DNA of 64,000 nt from Eledone cirrhosa (Eukaryota): assembly GCA_964016885.1 (NCBI GenBank), contig OZ024741.1, positions 179,986,001 through 180,050,000 on the forward strand. The letters run 5' to 3'. The notes below the pieces were generated by a model. That model worked only from the letters and a program-made list of their open reading frames with translations. It ran no database searches and was not told the origin of the DNA. This document shows positions 51,333 to 64,000 of the stretch, one piece after another. The position numbers and the translations under genes are program-made. Position 1 is the first letter of the stretch, and each line of letters opens with the position of its first letter.

Positions 51333-51520
51333 GGTGAATTGACAGTATTGGTAGAGGGTTAGACATGCTTTCCAGCGTAGTTACGTCCCTTTACGATCTG
51401 AGTTCAAATCCCGCCGAGGTTAACTTTGCCTTTCATCCTTACGGGGTCGATAAAATAAAGTACCAGTAATACACTGGGTAATTGCTGGCCTTGTGCCAAA
51501 AGTAGAAACAATTATTACTA
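51333..51520 (+). mobile_element. tRNA-derived SINE
   Basis: Highly similar to 46720-46905. Confidence 0.9.
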
Positions 51521-52211
51521 TTATAACAGTATAGTTATGGTCATTGCTGTTGTTGATTGAGGTGATATTGTTATGGTTGCAGCTGTAAGAGGTGCACGAG
51601 AATTTTCTCAACTGTTCTTGTGGTGTGAGTGGTGTTGGTGGTGGTGGCGGGGGTGCTGCGAGTGGTAGTGGGTAGGGTGACATTGTAGCTTATAGGAGTT
51701 GCTTCTCCGATGTTATTTTCTGTTTATTTTGATGTAAATGGGGTGCTAGTATTCTTTTTTCTTCTCCTTTGTTTTGTCCTTTATGTGGGCTCCATACACA
51801 TACATAAATATACATTCACACGTGCATACTTATACACACGTATGTATATACACACATATATATATATATATACCCACACATTAGACACTGAGAAGGGAGG
51901 TAGGTAGCAGCCAGTGGCAGTAGTCTAAAAATAGATTGGGGATTTACTGGTGTGAATGTGTGAGGAAGTGGTTGTGAATGTGGTGGTGTATTATCAAATT
52001 TTCATTTTTATTGTTTATGTCGGCCCTTGTGGCTAATAAATGAAATCATATATATATATGTTTCTGTCTTTTTCTTTTCCTTTCTTATATAAATAATAAA
52101 AATCTTTAGACGAACAAAACTCACATCGTAGCGTCCTATACCGTCCTGTGCCGTCTGTAATGTTTTTCTTGATGTATAGCCCTTGTGGCCAATAAAGAAA
52201 TCATTATTATT

Positions 52212-52356
52212 GGCCCTTGCCATTCTGAGTTCAAATCCCGCCGAGGTTAACTTTGCCTTTCATCCTTACGGGGTCGATAAAATAAAGTACCAGTAATGTA
52301 CTGGATAATTGCTGGCCTTGTGCCAAAAGTAGAAACAATTATTATTATTATTATTA
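52212..52356 (+). mobile_element. 5'-truncated SINE flanked by (TTA)n
   Basis: SINE body with CATTATTATT before it and a (TTA)n tail after it. Confidence 0.85.
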
Positions 52357-52906
<550 letters not shown>

Positions 52907-52919
52907 GTGCGTGTGTGCG

Positions 52920-53011
<92 letters not shown>

Positions 53012-53262
53012 TGTGTGTGCGTGTGTGTGTTAATTTCCCGTTTTTCTCGAAGACGGATCTCGATTTCCCTTTTCCCAACAACCAATTTTAAATCATTAAA
53101 AAAATGGGGCAAAATTTTCCATGAAGTCCATTCAAGAGAAACTGTCGATTTGTGACATCTGCATCGATTATAACACTCCTGCTTCAATGAGCTGACTTCT
53201 AATGTTAATCTGTAGTATGGAAATTGTCAGCTACAATGATAACAAGGATATATATGAAGAAT

Positions 53263-53480
53263 GGTTTCTTATATAGGCACAAGACCAGCAATTTTTGGGA
53301 TAGGAGGAAGTCGATTAAATCGACCCCAGTGCGTGACTGGTACTCTATTTTATCGACCCCGTAAGGGTGAAAGGCAAAGTTAACCGTGGCGGGATTTGAA
53401 CTCAGATCGTAAAGGGCCGTAACTCTATGCTGAACATTATTGCGTCCGACCCTCTGCCGATACTGCCAATCCACCGCCCT
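53263..53480 (-). mobile_element. tRNA-derived SINE (long variant)
   Basis: Same family as 24390-24608. Confidence 0.85.
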
Positions 53481-53876
53481 GATATAAATGAAGAATAACA
53501 CGTATTTCATTACATGATTAACCTCATTAATAATTTTGCGAGTGAAATTGAGAAACAGAAATGTCTTTGTTGCATGTTTTATTCCAGTAAGATGAGCTGG
53601 AAATGGTCACATACTTGCCAGTTGGTCTTTCGTCTGAGTATTTAATAAAGGATGGATTCGCCCACTTGCTCCGAGAGAATGGCGCAGCGTTGAGAACGGG
53701 AAGAAATCAAAATGAATTGTAAACTGTTTGCACTAATTAAAAAAACCTGTCTCCGTGCAACATAGTGCAGAATCTACTTCACGTAATTTTAGTGAATAGC
53801 AGCCACAGAGAAACATACACAATGGTTTGACAGGAGGTATCTGCTTTTGGATACCATTGTTCTTGTCAGACATACA

Positions 53877-54196
53877 CAGTATCCCCCCCCCCAGCATTCA
53901 CGTTCCCGGTTATTCGCGGAATTTTCCTTAGAACCTAACTAATAATTGTTCGTGGAAACCACCGCATGTTCGTAAATATCTTCCGCGATTTTTATGGCTT
54001 TTTTCGTGGCAATATATTTTTGTCACGCTTTTTAATGCTAAATTATTAATAACAATATAGCGTACTGCTGGCCTATATTTTACGTTAGATTTTGATGTTT
54101 ATAGGCATTTTTATGTACCACGCCCAATATTCGCTGTTTTTCACTCTTCGTTAGTGCTCTAGGAACGTATCCACCGCGAATACCGGGGGACAACTG
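53877..54196. mobile_element. Tigger/pogo-like MITE
   Basis: Imperfect TIRs CAGTATCCCCC...ATTCACG and CGCGAATACCGGGGGACAACTG; TA on the right flank, mutated on the left. Confidence 0.6.
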
Positions 54197-54496
54197 TATA
54201 TGTCCACAACAATTATTAATTGGTATCCTCTAATTATTGGGTATCTCGCTAATCAGTCGTAATAATTCAGCATCCATCTACATAAAATGATCAATAAAGG
54301 TTACACATCGTAGAATGCTGGATTATATGTAGAAACCATGGAACAGAGTGCCTGATATAATGTAAAAATCATAGAATGCCGGGTTAAATGTTCAAATCAT
54401 AAAGGAGATAATGGAATAAAATATAGAAATCATACAATGCCGGATTAAAAGTAAATATCATAGATGAGACTGCCGGATAAAATGTAGAAATTATAT

Positions 54497-55570
54497 AATT
54501 GTTTCTACTTTAGGCACAAGGCCAGCAATTACCCAGTGCATCACTGGTACTTTATTTTATCGACCCTGTAAGGATGAAAGGCAAAGTCAACCTCGGCGGG
54601 ATTTGAACTCAGATCGTAAAAGGACGTAACTATGCTGGAAAGCATGGCGTCCGACTCTCTACCGATACTGCCAATCCACCGCATTATATAATGCCGGATT
54701 TTACATTATATTATATCATGACTTATCTATTGTTTTTATGAAATGTTCTTTATTATATAGTCAGAAATTAACAGACTTACATCTATAGCCTCAGTGACCC
54801 GTATAGTGTAGTTGTCAGTTACACATACACCCGCGTCATATTTTGTGAAAATTCGTTCAAGATTCATGTTTATTAAAAATAGAGGATTGTGGGTAGATTG
54901 GTGGGTATAAATAATTGTTTCTACATTTGGCACAAGGCCATCAATTATTTCAGTGTATTACTGGTACTTTATTTTATCGACTCCGTAAGGATGAAAGGCA
55001 AAGTGGCGGGATTTGAACTCAGACCATAAAGGGCCGTAACTCTTTGCTGCAAAGCATGGCGTCCGACTCTCTACCGATACTGCCAATCCACCGCCTTTGG
55101 TGGGTATAAATAATGAATTGTGATAAAAATCGTACCAATTGATTGGTAAAAGTTGGTTGATATTGAGTAAAATTGTGGATAAAATAATTGATTGGGGGTA
55201 AATTCGTGGGTAAAATCGTAATTGATATTCCGGATGAAATAATGAATTGGGTATAAAAAAAATAGTGGAGTGTGCGTATATGGTAGATAAAATGTTGATT
55301 TGTTGGTAATAGAGAGGGTGGGTGTAAATTCAGAGGCAAAATCATTTAGAGGATATAATGGCTTCTATCGTAGGTGCATGGCCAGAAACTTTAGGCGGGG
55401 ATAGTGGATTATATCAACCAAGTACTTGACTGGTTCTTTATTTTATTGACCTCGGAAAGATGGAAGGCAAAAGTTAATTTTGGCAGGATTTGAAATCAGA
55501 ACGTAAATAGCCGGAACAAATACAGCAGGGCATTTCATCCGAAACTCTAGCGATTCTGTCAATCCACTGT
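54497..55570 (-). mobile_element. Three SINE copies (54497-54683, 54912-55095, 55360-55570)
   Basis: Reverse-complement SINE bodies containing GGATTTGAACTCAG or a close variant. Confidence 0.85.
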
Positions 55571-56149
55571 CCTCAATCGCATAGAAAATTTAAAACTGAA
55601 TCATGTCCGCTGCTTTCATCACGTTACTATAATGGGAAAGTACATTCAAACTAAGCCTGATAAAAAAAAAATTGGATAAACACATGTTACAGGAGTTATC
55701 TCCCTTGCTACCTTCTCAATACCTGAACTCCGTCGAAGGGAATTTCGATCTAGAAATTGTGAGGATAGCCTCATTTAATAGACATTTTTTCCACTCACAA
55801 TATATAGAATATGGTATTCTATTTGTATATGTGTATGTGTGAGCACAACCATTTTCAGTTAATTATCTATTGCCACAAGAATGCATGTCGTTTTTGTCAA
55901 TAATATGTATTTGTGACGAATGATTTTTAGATTTGTACAAATTGACAACTATGATGAGAAGATGAAAAAGAAAAGAAATAGTTAAATCTGTATCATATTG
56001 TAATGTAATTATAGTTTGATATTGTTTTTTGTTGTAATTCCTATTTATTACGACAACTTTGAAAAGGTTGGGTTTTTTTGTATCATAGTATCTATATGAT
56101 AAAGATGTTGGATTTAAATTAAAGCTTATTAATTTTACAGTATGTCAGT

Positions 56150-56900
56150 CCTCGATGTTAAGAAGAAAACTGTTGGCGATGTTCACAAGAATATTCGAAA
56201 TTGGATTTTATGCCTTTGATCACTAATGAGACAATACTTATTGGGTTGCTATGTGAAAAGAGGTATGGAAATGTTGCAATGAAGTTTTCCAAGATGAAAA
56301 ACCACCTTAAGATGATCCACGCCGATAGAACATTAATGTGGTTCAAATTTTTAGGTATATGCTGATATTGAAGGAGGAATGAAGACCTTTTACATAGACC
56401 CCTATCCAACAAAGTAATACCACCCATTAGAGAAGATATCATACCAACTGGAAAGGGAGTCATAGAAACATTTACGAAAGACTCAGACCTTATTCTGAAG
56501 ATTATTTCTCTGAGCAGCAATAAACTACTACACCATATTAATGGAGTTCTGTGTTTATTATTCTTGTGTGTTGTAAAATTTGACGAAAATGGTTGGCACC
56601 AGGAAGGACATTTGGTCCTAAAGTATTGCCATTATGAACTTGAAATCTGTTATGGAGGCGCAAGACTAACCATTGATTTAGCAGAGGAAAATAGCCTTTA
56701 AAAACTTGATGATATTGATGAGTACAATATTTCAACAGTGAAAATTTTCTATCCAACTGGACTTGCCAACGTTTAGAAATTCTGATATTCTCATGGACAA
56801 TGTAAGATTCTGTAATCCTAGGGATAAGTCCTTTATTGATCAATTTCACTTTGCCGAATATTAAGGCTTATTCAAAGAATGAAATGTTGTGTTTGGAGTA
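56150..56900 (+). pseudogene. Decayed Buster/Charlie-type hAT transposase, N-terminal half
   Basis: LLCEK...NVAMKFSKMKNHLKMIH (BED finger), REDIIP...VIET...ISLSSN and KFSIQLD...VRF, with many disruptions. Confidence 0.65.
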
Positions 56901-57260
56901 TTCTTCTTCTTCTTCTTCTTCTTCTTCTTCTTCTTCTTCTTCTTCTTCTTCTTCTTCTTCTTCTTCTTCTTCTTCTTCTTCTTCTTCTTCTTCTTCTTCT
57001 TCTTCTTCTTCGCCCACTTATTCCTGAGAGGGTCTTGGAGGCAGCTCTCAAACACTCCCTCCAGCGGGTCATGGCAGAAGCAACCGTATCCAACTGATCC
57101 GTTTGGATCCCCAAGCGTGACCAGCCAAGCTCATGGATGTTATCCAACCATCTTGCTCGGGGTCTACCCTGGGTTTCCTGTTGGTTGGTTTTGCCCGTAA
57201 AATCTGTCCAGCGATTCTTTCCTCAGACATTCTATATATCTTTTCTCTTAATAATACCAC
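56901..57260 (-). mobile_element. 3' end of an RTE-like LINE with a (GAA)n tail
   Basis: RMSEERIAGQIL...RKP...WMDNI...RWR, followed by about 110 bp of (GAA)n. Confidence 0.65.
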
Positions 57261-57301
57261 GGCAGTTGTGATGGGGCACCGTCGACCTTGATTGATAAGT
57301 T

Positions 57302-57745
57302 AGGGTGGTGGATTGGAAGAATCATCAGAACTCTGGACAAAATGTTCTGTGATATTTTGTTTCGAATGTCTACATTCTGCGTTCAAATCCTGCCAAAGTC
57401 AACTTTGTCTTTCATCCTTTCGAAGTCGATAAAAAAAGAGTATTAGTCCAGTAAAATAAAGTACCAGTTAAGGACTGAGGTCAATATAATCAATTTTACT
57501 CTCCCCACAAATTACTGGCCTTGTGTAAAAAATAGAAATCATTATTATTTCATTCTTTTATTGATCTATTTTTAGGCTTCCACAAACATCCCGTCTACCA
57601 AATTTCGCTCACAAGGCTGTAAGAGTGTAGTCAACCCAATGCTATAGTAGAAGAGACTTGCCCGAAAGTCCATGCAGTGGGACTGAACCTGAAATTACAT
57701 GTTTGGGAAGCAAACTCCTTAACCAAACAGCTCTGACTGCGCCTA
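57302..57745. mobile_element. Two old SINEs, tail to tail
   Basis: A + strand Meta-like SINE at 57302-57550, and a - strand tRNA head (GGTTAAGGAGTTTGCTTCCCAA...GGTTCAGTCCC) ending at about 57745. Confidence 0.7.
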
Positions 57746-58413
57746 TGTTAATACCATGTTAACATGATAGTTCTGCTACGTTAAGGCTGACCTGAGGGGT
57801 CAAACAACTACAACTACAATAATAACAACCATTTGTAGACTATACTTAGGTAGTTAAAGAGTGTAAAGTTCTCACGTTTCTCTCTGAAAAGGAACTACCT
57901 CAAAGGATCGTTAATACAATTAGACAAGGCGCCGCCATTGTCCTTTTTCCCTGACTTAACTGTTGTGTGTCACTATTGTAAATGCTGTTTCAATGTCCAA
58001 TGGAGAAAGTTTATTGAGTTAGTTATTCTCTCTTTCTTTCATTCTTCCATTCTATAAACAATGACTGGTTACTGAATGAAATGAAAATAGCCACACATGA
58101 AGCCGATGTTTACGCAAGCTTCTTGGTGTTTGCTAGTTTTTCTAACAATTGATCTTCCTCTACATTGCTTAAACCACTTCACTTTACCTTTCCACATACC
58201 GATACTAATATCTCGGCTGTGGGATAATTTAAGCTATCTAACCAACATCCAATCGACGTTCTATAGTCTAGTATTGTATCAAGTCAATACTCTGGGTACC
58301 TATTAACTAATTTACTAACTCTTCTATTCATACAGTGTATGTTCTTCTGGGTTTATTATTTTATAAATGTTCAACAATATATATATACATACGTACATAT
58401 ATATATATATACA

Positions 58414-58444
<31 letters not shown>

Positions 58445-58720
58445 TGAGGGGGAGAGAGAGAACTGGTTTCTGACATAGAAACAAAACCTTTTCATTGGAA
58501 TTTAAACAACATCAACTAGGTAAATACGCATGTATGTCTGTATGTGTTTGTGTGTTTGTGTGTTTATGTGTGTGTGTGTGCGCGCGTGTGCGTGTGTGTG
58601 TGTATGTGTCTGTATGTGTGTGTGTGTGTGCAGGTATGGGTATTATTGCATCTGTATGTTTTGAGTTATATGTGCACACGTGCATTTGTTTCTGTATCTA
58701 TACATATGTATATACAGTTA

Positions 58721-59158
58721 CTACATACTGAATTTCTGAAATGGTTTACACATGTTCACAGTTCCATTAATGAACTGTACTTGCAACTTCCTAACTAGTC
58801 TCCCTTTTCTGGTTTTGTGAAGCCCAGCTTCTCAAGATTTGTACTGAGGCAGTTAGTAACATATCCCAGAGCCCCAGTTACCACAGATACAAATCTGAAG
58901 GTATAGTCAATAGTCAAGGTGAAGTATCTGTAGATCATTAGTTCAGCATAAACGTTATCCTATTCGCTAATCTTTAGCATTATAGTGGCATCTACTGGAC
59001 AGCTGATTTTCACTACCGAGCAGGACTTCTTTTCTTTGTCTCATATCATTAAGTTTGGTCGGTTATGTTTGCATTTTCTTGGGGTTTTGACTGGAACATT
59101 CCACTAGTACTCTTTCATATTATGTATGCATATGTCCTCCACATCACTTTGACGTTTT
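58721..59158 (-). mobile_element. 3' fragment of an R4-clade LINE (family B)
   Basis: WNVPVKT...CKHNRP...ISCPVD...VVTGALGY...GTVNMCKPF; the 5' junction is in (ACAT)n. Confidence 0.8.
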
Positions 59159-59180
59159 ATATGTATGTATGTATGTATGT

Positions 59181-59549
59181 AGGAGGAGGAAAACTCTGAT
59201 ATAACACCTGCAACTCTGATGGTATCCAATGATGTTGACTTGTTCTTCTTTTTGGTAAATATCATCTTGGTTAAGAGAGTGGGACTGGCTTTGTGCAGTG
59301 CCTTTGCTCACTATAAAAGCTTCATGGCACAGGCATTGCTTTATATCTGGAGATCTCTCTGCACTTGTCGTCACATGGTACCATGGGCCCAGCACTATGT
59401 GTCAATAATTGTCACAAGTGAAGTGTTTGTACCAGAGTTTTCAATACGCTGGCTGGACTAAAAAGTCACACTCGTTCAGCGCATCGGTAGGGGTTCTCCT
59501 ACATGGATATAAATTAGTGGCCGTACTCGAAAGCGAGTTGGCAGCCACC
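59181..59549 (+). mobile_element. Non-autonomous bipartite RTE-derived element
   Basis: The 5' part GGAAAACTCTGATATAACACCTGC...GATGTTGA...GCACAGGCATTGC resembles 26470-26640. The 3' part reads CTRVFNTLAGLKSHTRSAHR* (last RTE finger) and ends TGGCCGTACTCGAAAGCGAGTTGGCAGCCA plus (ATGT)n. Confidence 0.7.
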
Positions 59550-59790
59550 ATGTATGTATGTATGTATGTATGTATGTATGTATGTATGTATGTATGTATG
59601 TATGTATGTATGTATGTATGTATGTATGTATGTATGTACGTACGTACGTACGTACGTATGTGCAAGCATCCACACATACATACTTACGTACAATGAGAAA
59701 GCACGCGTTGTTGTCAGTTGGTTATATATATGTATGTATGTATGTATGTGTGTGTATGTATGTATGTATGTATGTATGTATGTATGTATG

Positions 59791-61832
59791 TTTTTTTTTT
59801 ACTGTTCCATTAATGGATTGTACTTGTAATTTCCTAACTAATTGTGTTCTTTATGTTTCTGTGAAACCCAGCTTCTCATGATTTGTACTGAGGCAGATAA
59901 TAACATATCCCAGTGCCCCCAATAATCACAGGTATAAGTATGAAGGTATAGTTAGGTTGGAGTATCTGCAGATTTCTCATTAGTTCTGCATAAATATTCT
60001 CCTTTTCGCTAATCTTTGATATTATATTGGCATCTGCTGGGCAGCTAATTTCCACTACTGTGCATGCCTTCTTTTCCCTGTCCCATATCATATCTGGTCT
60101 ATTATGCCTGCATTTTATTGGGGTTTTTACTGGAACATTCCACTAGTACTCTTCCATATAATGTATGTATATGTCTTCCACATTGCTGTAGCTGTTAATG
60201 TGTTTATTGTCGGGCTATTTTTTCTACGGATTGCATCGTATAGTGTTTTGGCCACTACACCATGCCTCATAGATGGATAGTACCGTGATGATATCTTTGG
60301 ACAGCTGCTTATGACATGGGTGATATCTTCGATGCTGATTCTGCAGAGTCTGCACTTGTTGTAACATCTAGGTGTTTTGCCTGCCTCCATATCTCTTTTG
60401 TGAATCAGGTATTTTGTATTGATTTCCTGTTCTTCGATTGCAAAAGCATATCCTTCAAAGTGAGAGCCAATATAACGATTGTTGATCCAAGATAGACTAC
60501 TTTGCTTATCTATATTACTCTCACTCTGGAGCTTACTGGCAACATATCCATACATGATTTTTTTCTTTGCTGATAAGCATGCAGCTTTCATCTATGGATT
60601 CACTGCGGTATTGTTGTGCAATTTCCTTGGATGTGAGTGTTTCATTATTATGTAGGGAGTATCTTTCAAAGAGTTCCTTCCCAACTCTCATGATCTTATC
60701 TGTCTCATGCAGATAATAGATGGGCTCCTACGGCTGGAGGTTCGTAGATGTTGTCGGAGGGATATAATACGACACTCAAATGTTGTCTAGACTGATGTTA
60801 GGCCTCTGCCTCCCTGCTTACGTTTCAAGTAAAGGCGGTCTATGTCACTGTTGATTTGGAAGTTTCCGGTGTTGTTTAGAATTTTTCGAGTCCTAACATC
60901 AATTGCTTGGATTTCGTCTATCGTCCACTCGAGTATACCAAACGTTGGTGTTAGGACAGGCACAGCAAACACCTTGTGAGCCACTGTTTTACTCTGCGCA
61001 GAGAGTTCCAATGACCATATTTTTCTTAATATTCCCTTGTTACACATTCATTATTAAAAATACCATTATAGAATATATTCTCATCTATCCCCAGGTATAT
61101 GTAGTAGTCCTCGTCAGATATTGATACAAATGTTGCTAGATTAGCTTGTAGTTTTCCATTGCTTTACAATCATATATAAACATTTATCTTGGCCAAACTC
61201 CATTCCTATATCCTTTGAGAATGTTATAACCAGGTTAAGATTTTTCTTCATCCCATTTATCTTATTGGCGTAGGTTTTCAGGTCATTCACAAAGAAATTA
61301 TGGACTAGGTTCGTATTTCTGTCCTCCCGGGAGCCAGTGATTTATCCTTCACATTTCTTGAGCAGAAAGGACAAGGGGTTTAATGACAGGATAAATAGTG
61401 GCAGAGAGAGTCTCCTTAAAATATACTCCTGTGATATTCTATTTTATCAGTGAAAATAGAGTCCGCCTTCTCTGTTTTTAACTTTAGGATAGTAGCCCAA
61501 GCAGAAGACATCTTCTCTATAACTCTGATAATAATGTATCGGACTTTAGCAAGTTGGAGGGCCTCTATCGTCCAAGAGTGGGGAACAGAATCAAAAGCTT
61601 TCCTGTAGTCCAGCCAGACTGTAGCCATATTTTTTTCTAAGTTGTCACACCTACGACATCGCAGTTTTGTTGATTATGAGTTGTTCAGCACAACCCTTTC
61701 TTTTCAGCTGCTTGTTCATCAGTGATGATGTTATTATTTTCTCAGTGATCTTGGAGAAATAGGTTTCGGCAGGCTGTATACATCTTATACATCAGGTTCT
61801 GGCATGCAATGAGTCGGTAGTTTTTTGGCAAG
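59791..61832 (-). mobile_element. 5'-truncated R4-clade LINE (family B; RT, CCHC, RLE), degenerate
   Basis: [58 protein letters not shown] and IWDREKK...VEISCP; (ACAT)n at both junctions. Confidence 0.9.
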
Positions 61833-61906
61833 TGTATGTATGTATGTGTGTATGTATGTATGTATGTATGTATGTATGTATGTATGTATGTATGTATGTA
61901 TGTATG

Positions 61907-62066
61907 TCAATCAGCAGGAGGGCTCAAGCGACATGCAAAAGTACACGAACTTCAACCACAGCCGACTATTCCCAGTAAATGTTTTGGTTGCCGACTCTGT
62001 GCAAGACATTTTAGATCATTGGCTGGGCTAAAAAGCCACATTCGATCGCAGCGCTGTTAGTTGCTA

Positions 62067-62144
<78 letters not shown>

Positions 62145-62219
62145 GGATATGCTTATGTGTGTGCGTGTGTGTGTATATATATATGTATATTATTATTGTT
62201 GTTGTCGTTATTATTATTG

Positions 62220-62254
<35 letters not shown>

Positions 62255-62318
62255 GTTATTAATGTATGTGTGTGTGTATATGTGCGTGTGAGTATGTGTG
62301 TGTGTGTATATATGTATG

Positions 62319-62365
<47 letters not shown>

Positions 62366-62380
62366 CTTTTTTTTTTCTTT
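61907..62380 (+). mobile_element. Short 3' copy of the 27-29 kb RTE family including its microsatellite 3' UTR
   Basis: [50 protein letters not shown] is nearly identical to the end of ORF 27237..28079. Confidence 0.9.
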
Positions 62381-62745
62381 TGTATGTATGTATGTATGTA
62401 TGTATGTATGTATGTATGTATGTATGTATGCACGTACGTATGTATGTGTATGTATGTAAGTGTGTAGACTTGTGACTATAAGCTTCCAGCTAGTCAGGTC
62501 TGCACATGTTACCATACGTCAATCACCGCCGTACACACTGACTATAGGATAGACTAAGAAAGATGTAAGAGACATCTGTACAACAGTATATTATAGTGGT
62601 AAACGCTTGTACAACACGAGTACCACTCTCTGAGTATCCACAACTAGAGTCTAGTGACATGCAAGATGACTAGGAGTTGCTTCAACTGCAGATTTTAAGA
62701 AGTTCCTTCTCAGTTAATGACACTCATACATAGGACACACTCACA

Positions 62746-62802
<57 letters not shown>

Positions 62803-62878
62803 ACTGACTCACTCACACACGCTTACACACACTCACACATACAGGCCACTCACTTACACACACTAACACACACGCACA

Positions 62879-62909
<31 letters not shown>

Positions 62910-62923
62910 GCACACACACACAC

Positions 62924-62962
<39 letters not shown>

Positions 62963-62970
62963 CATATTAG

Positions 62971-63155
62971 TCGGCAGTATCGGTAGAGGGTCAGACACCA
63001 TGCTTTGACGCATAGAGTTACGGCCCTTGCCATTCTGAGTTCAAATCCCGCCAAGGTTAACTTTGCCTTTCATCCTTACGGGGTCGGTAAAATAAAGTAC
63101 CAGTAATGCACTGGAATAATTGCAGACCTTGTGCCAAAAGTAGAAACAATTATTA
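62971..63155 (+). mobile_element. tRNA-derived SINE
   Basis: Similar to 50297-50475. Confidence 0.88.
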
Positions 63156-63483
63156 ATACTATAGATGTGGCAACTGTTGTCTTTTGAAAGAGTGGGTACA
63201 ATTGAAGCTGTTAGTATGTTGCTGTTTAGATTTATCGTTTCGTTGCTGTTTTCATAAGGTTTGGTCGTTGACTGAATGGTGGTGGTGGTGGTGGTGGTGG
63301 TGGTGGTGGTGGTGGCAGTTGATGTTGTTATTGTTGTTTGGCTTTTTATCGTTTTGATGCTGTTGCTGATTTTGTAGATATTGGTGTTGGTGTTCGTTTT
63401 GATGTTGTTGTTGTTGTTGTTGTTGTAGATGCTGGAGTTGATCGTTTTGACAGAGTAGTTTTAGAGGAGTAAGGGGAACAGTT

Positions 63484-64000
63484 GACATGATTTTCTCCGT
63501 AAGACAAATACAAGAAAAATGGATTGAGCATTGTGTCCCCCTATATCAAGTCTTTGTCGACCTAACGAAGGCCTTTGACACAGTTAACAGAGATGCACTC
63601 TGGATAATACGTGGGAAAACAGGATGTCCACCCAAGTTTGTGAGTATGCTAAAGCAGCTGCACAGAAATACGAAAACTCGGGTTACCTTCAATGTTCAGC
63701 TATCTGGGAAAATCCCCATTGCAAGGTGATATTCCTGCTCCTACGCTTTTCTCCTTCTTCTTTGCTGCCTTGCTCACACATGCTTTCCATGATTGTGACA
63801 AAGGCAATCTCTTACGGTTCAGAACCACTGGAAAGGTTTTCAACTTAAGAAGATTTAATGCCAGGACAAAACTTTTGAAGCTTTGATCAGAGACCTTTAT
63901 GCGGACGATGCTGACTTCTTAGCACACACAGAAGCTGACATGCAACACATTATGGACCGTTTCTCATCCTCGTGTACACCATTTGGGCTTAAATCAGCCT
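63484..64000 (+). mobile_element. RTE-clade RT fragment running off the window
   Basis: DMIFSVRQIQEK...FVDLTKAFDTVNR, QGDIPAPTLF and YADD; frameshifted. Confidence 0.9.

Overview
AT-rich eukaryotic non-coding DNA, roughly half simple-sequence repeat. It is most likely from an octopod cephalopod; this is inferred from the SINE families and microsatellite load, not from a search. No host protein-coding gene is recognisable, and almost every ORF in the track is a microsatellite translation artefact. The real content is a dense transposable-element graveyard. It includes a near full-length R4/Dong-clade LINE (47.3-51.3 kb) plus Dong 3' fragments next to (TAA)n, and a second R4-clade family whose junctions mostly abut (ACAT)n. 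It also has several RTE LINE families, one with non-autonomous bipartite partners sharing a 3' stem-loop and an (ATGT)n tail, a CRE-clade fragment, and many tRNA-derived Meta-domain-like SINEs. DNA elements include hAT and Tigger MITEs, two decayed hAT transposases and a non-autonomous Helitron. Several Penelope-type minimal hammerhead ribozyme motifs are present, one with an intact core, along with a 7.4-kb (ACCAY)n satellite that grades into a 52-bp minisatellite. The strongest signals are the microsatellite-centred, orientation-specific nesting of retroelements and the candidate self-cleaving RNAs. Coordinates were read by eye, so boundaries of decayed elements are approximate.
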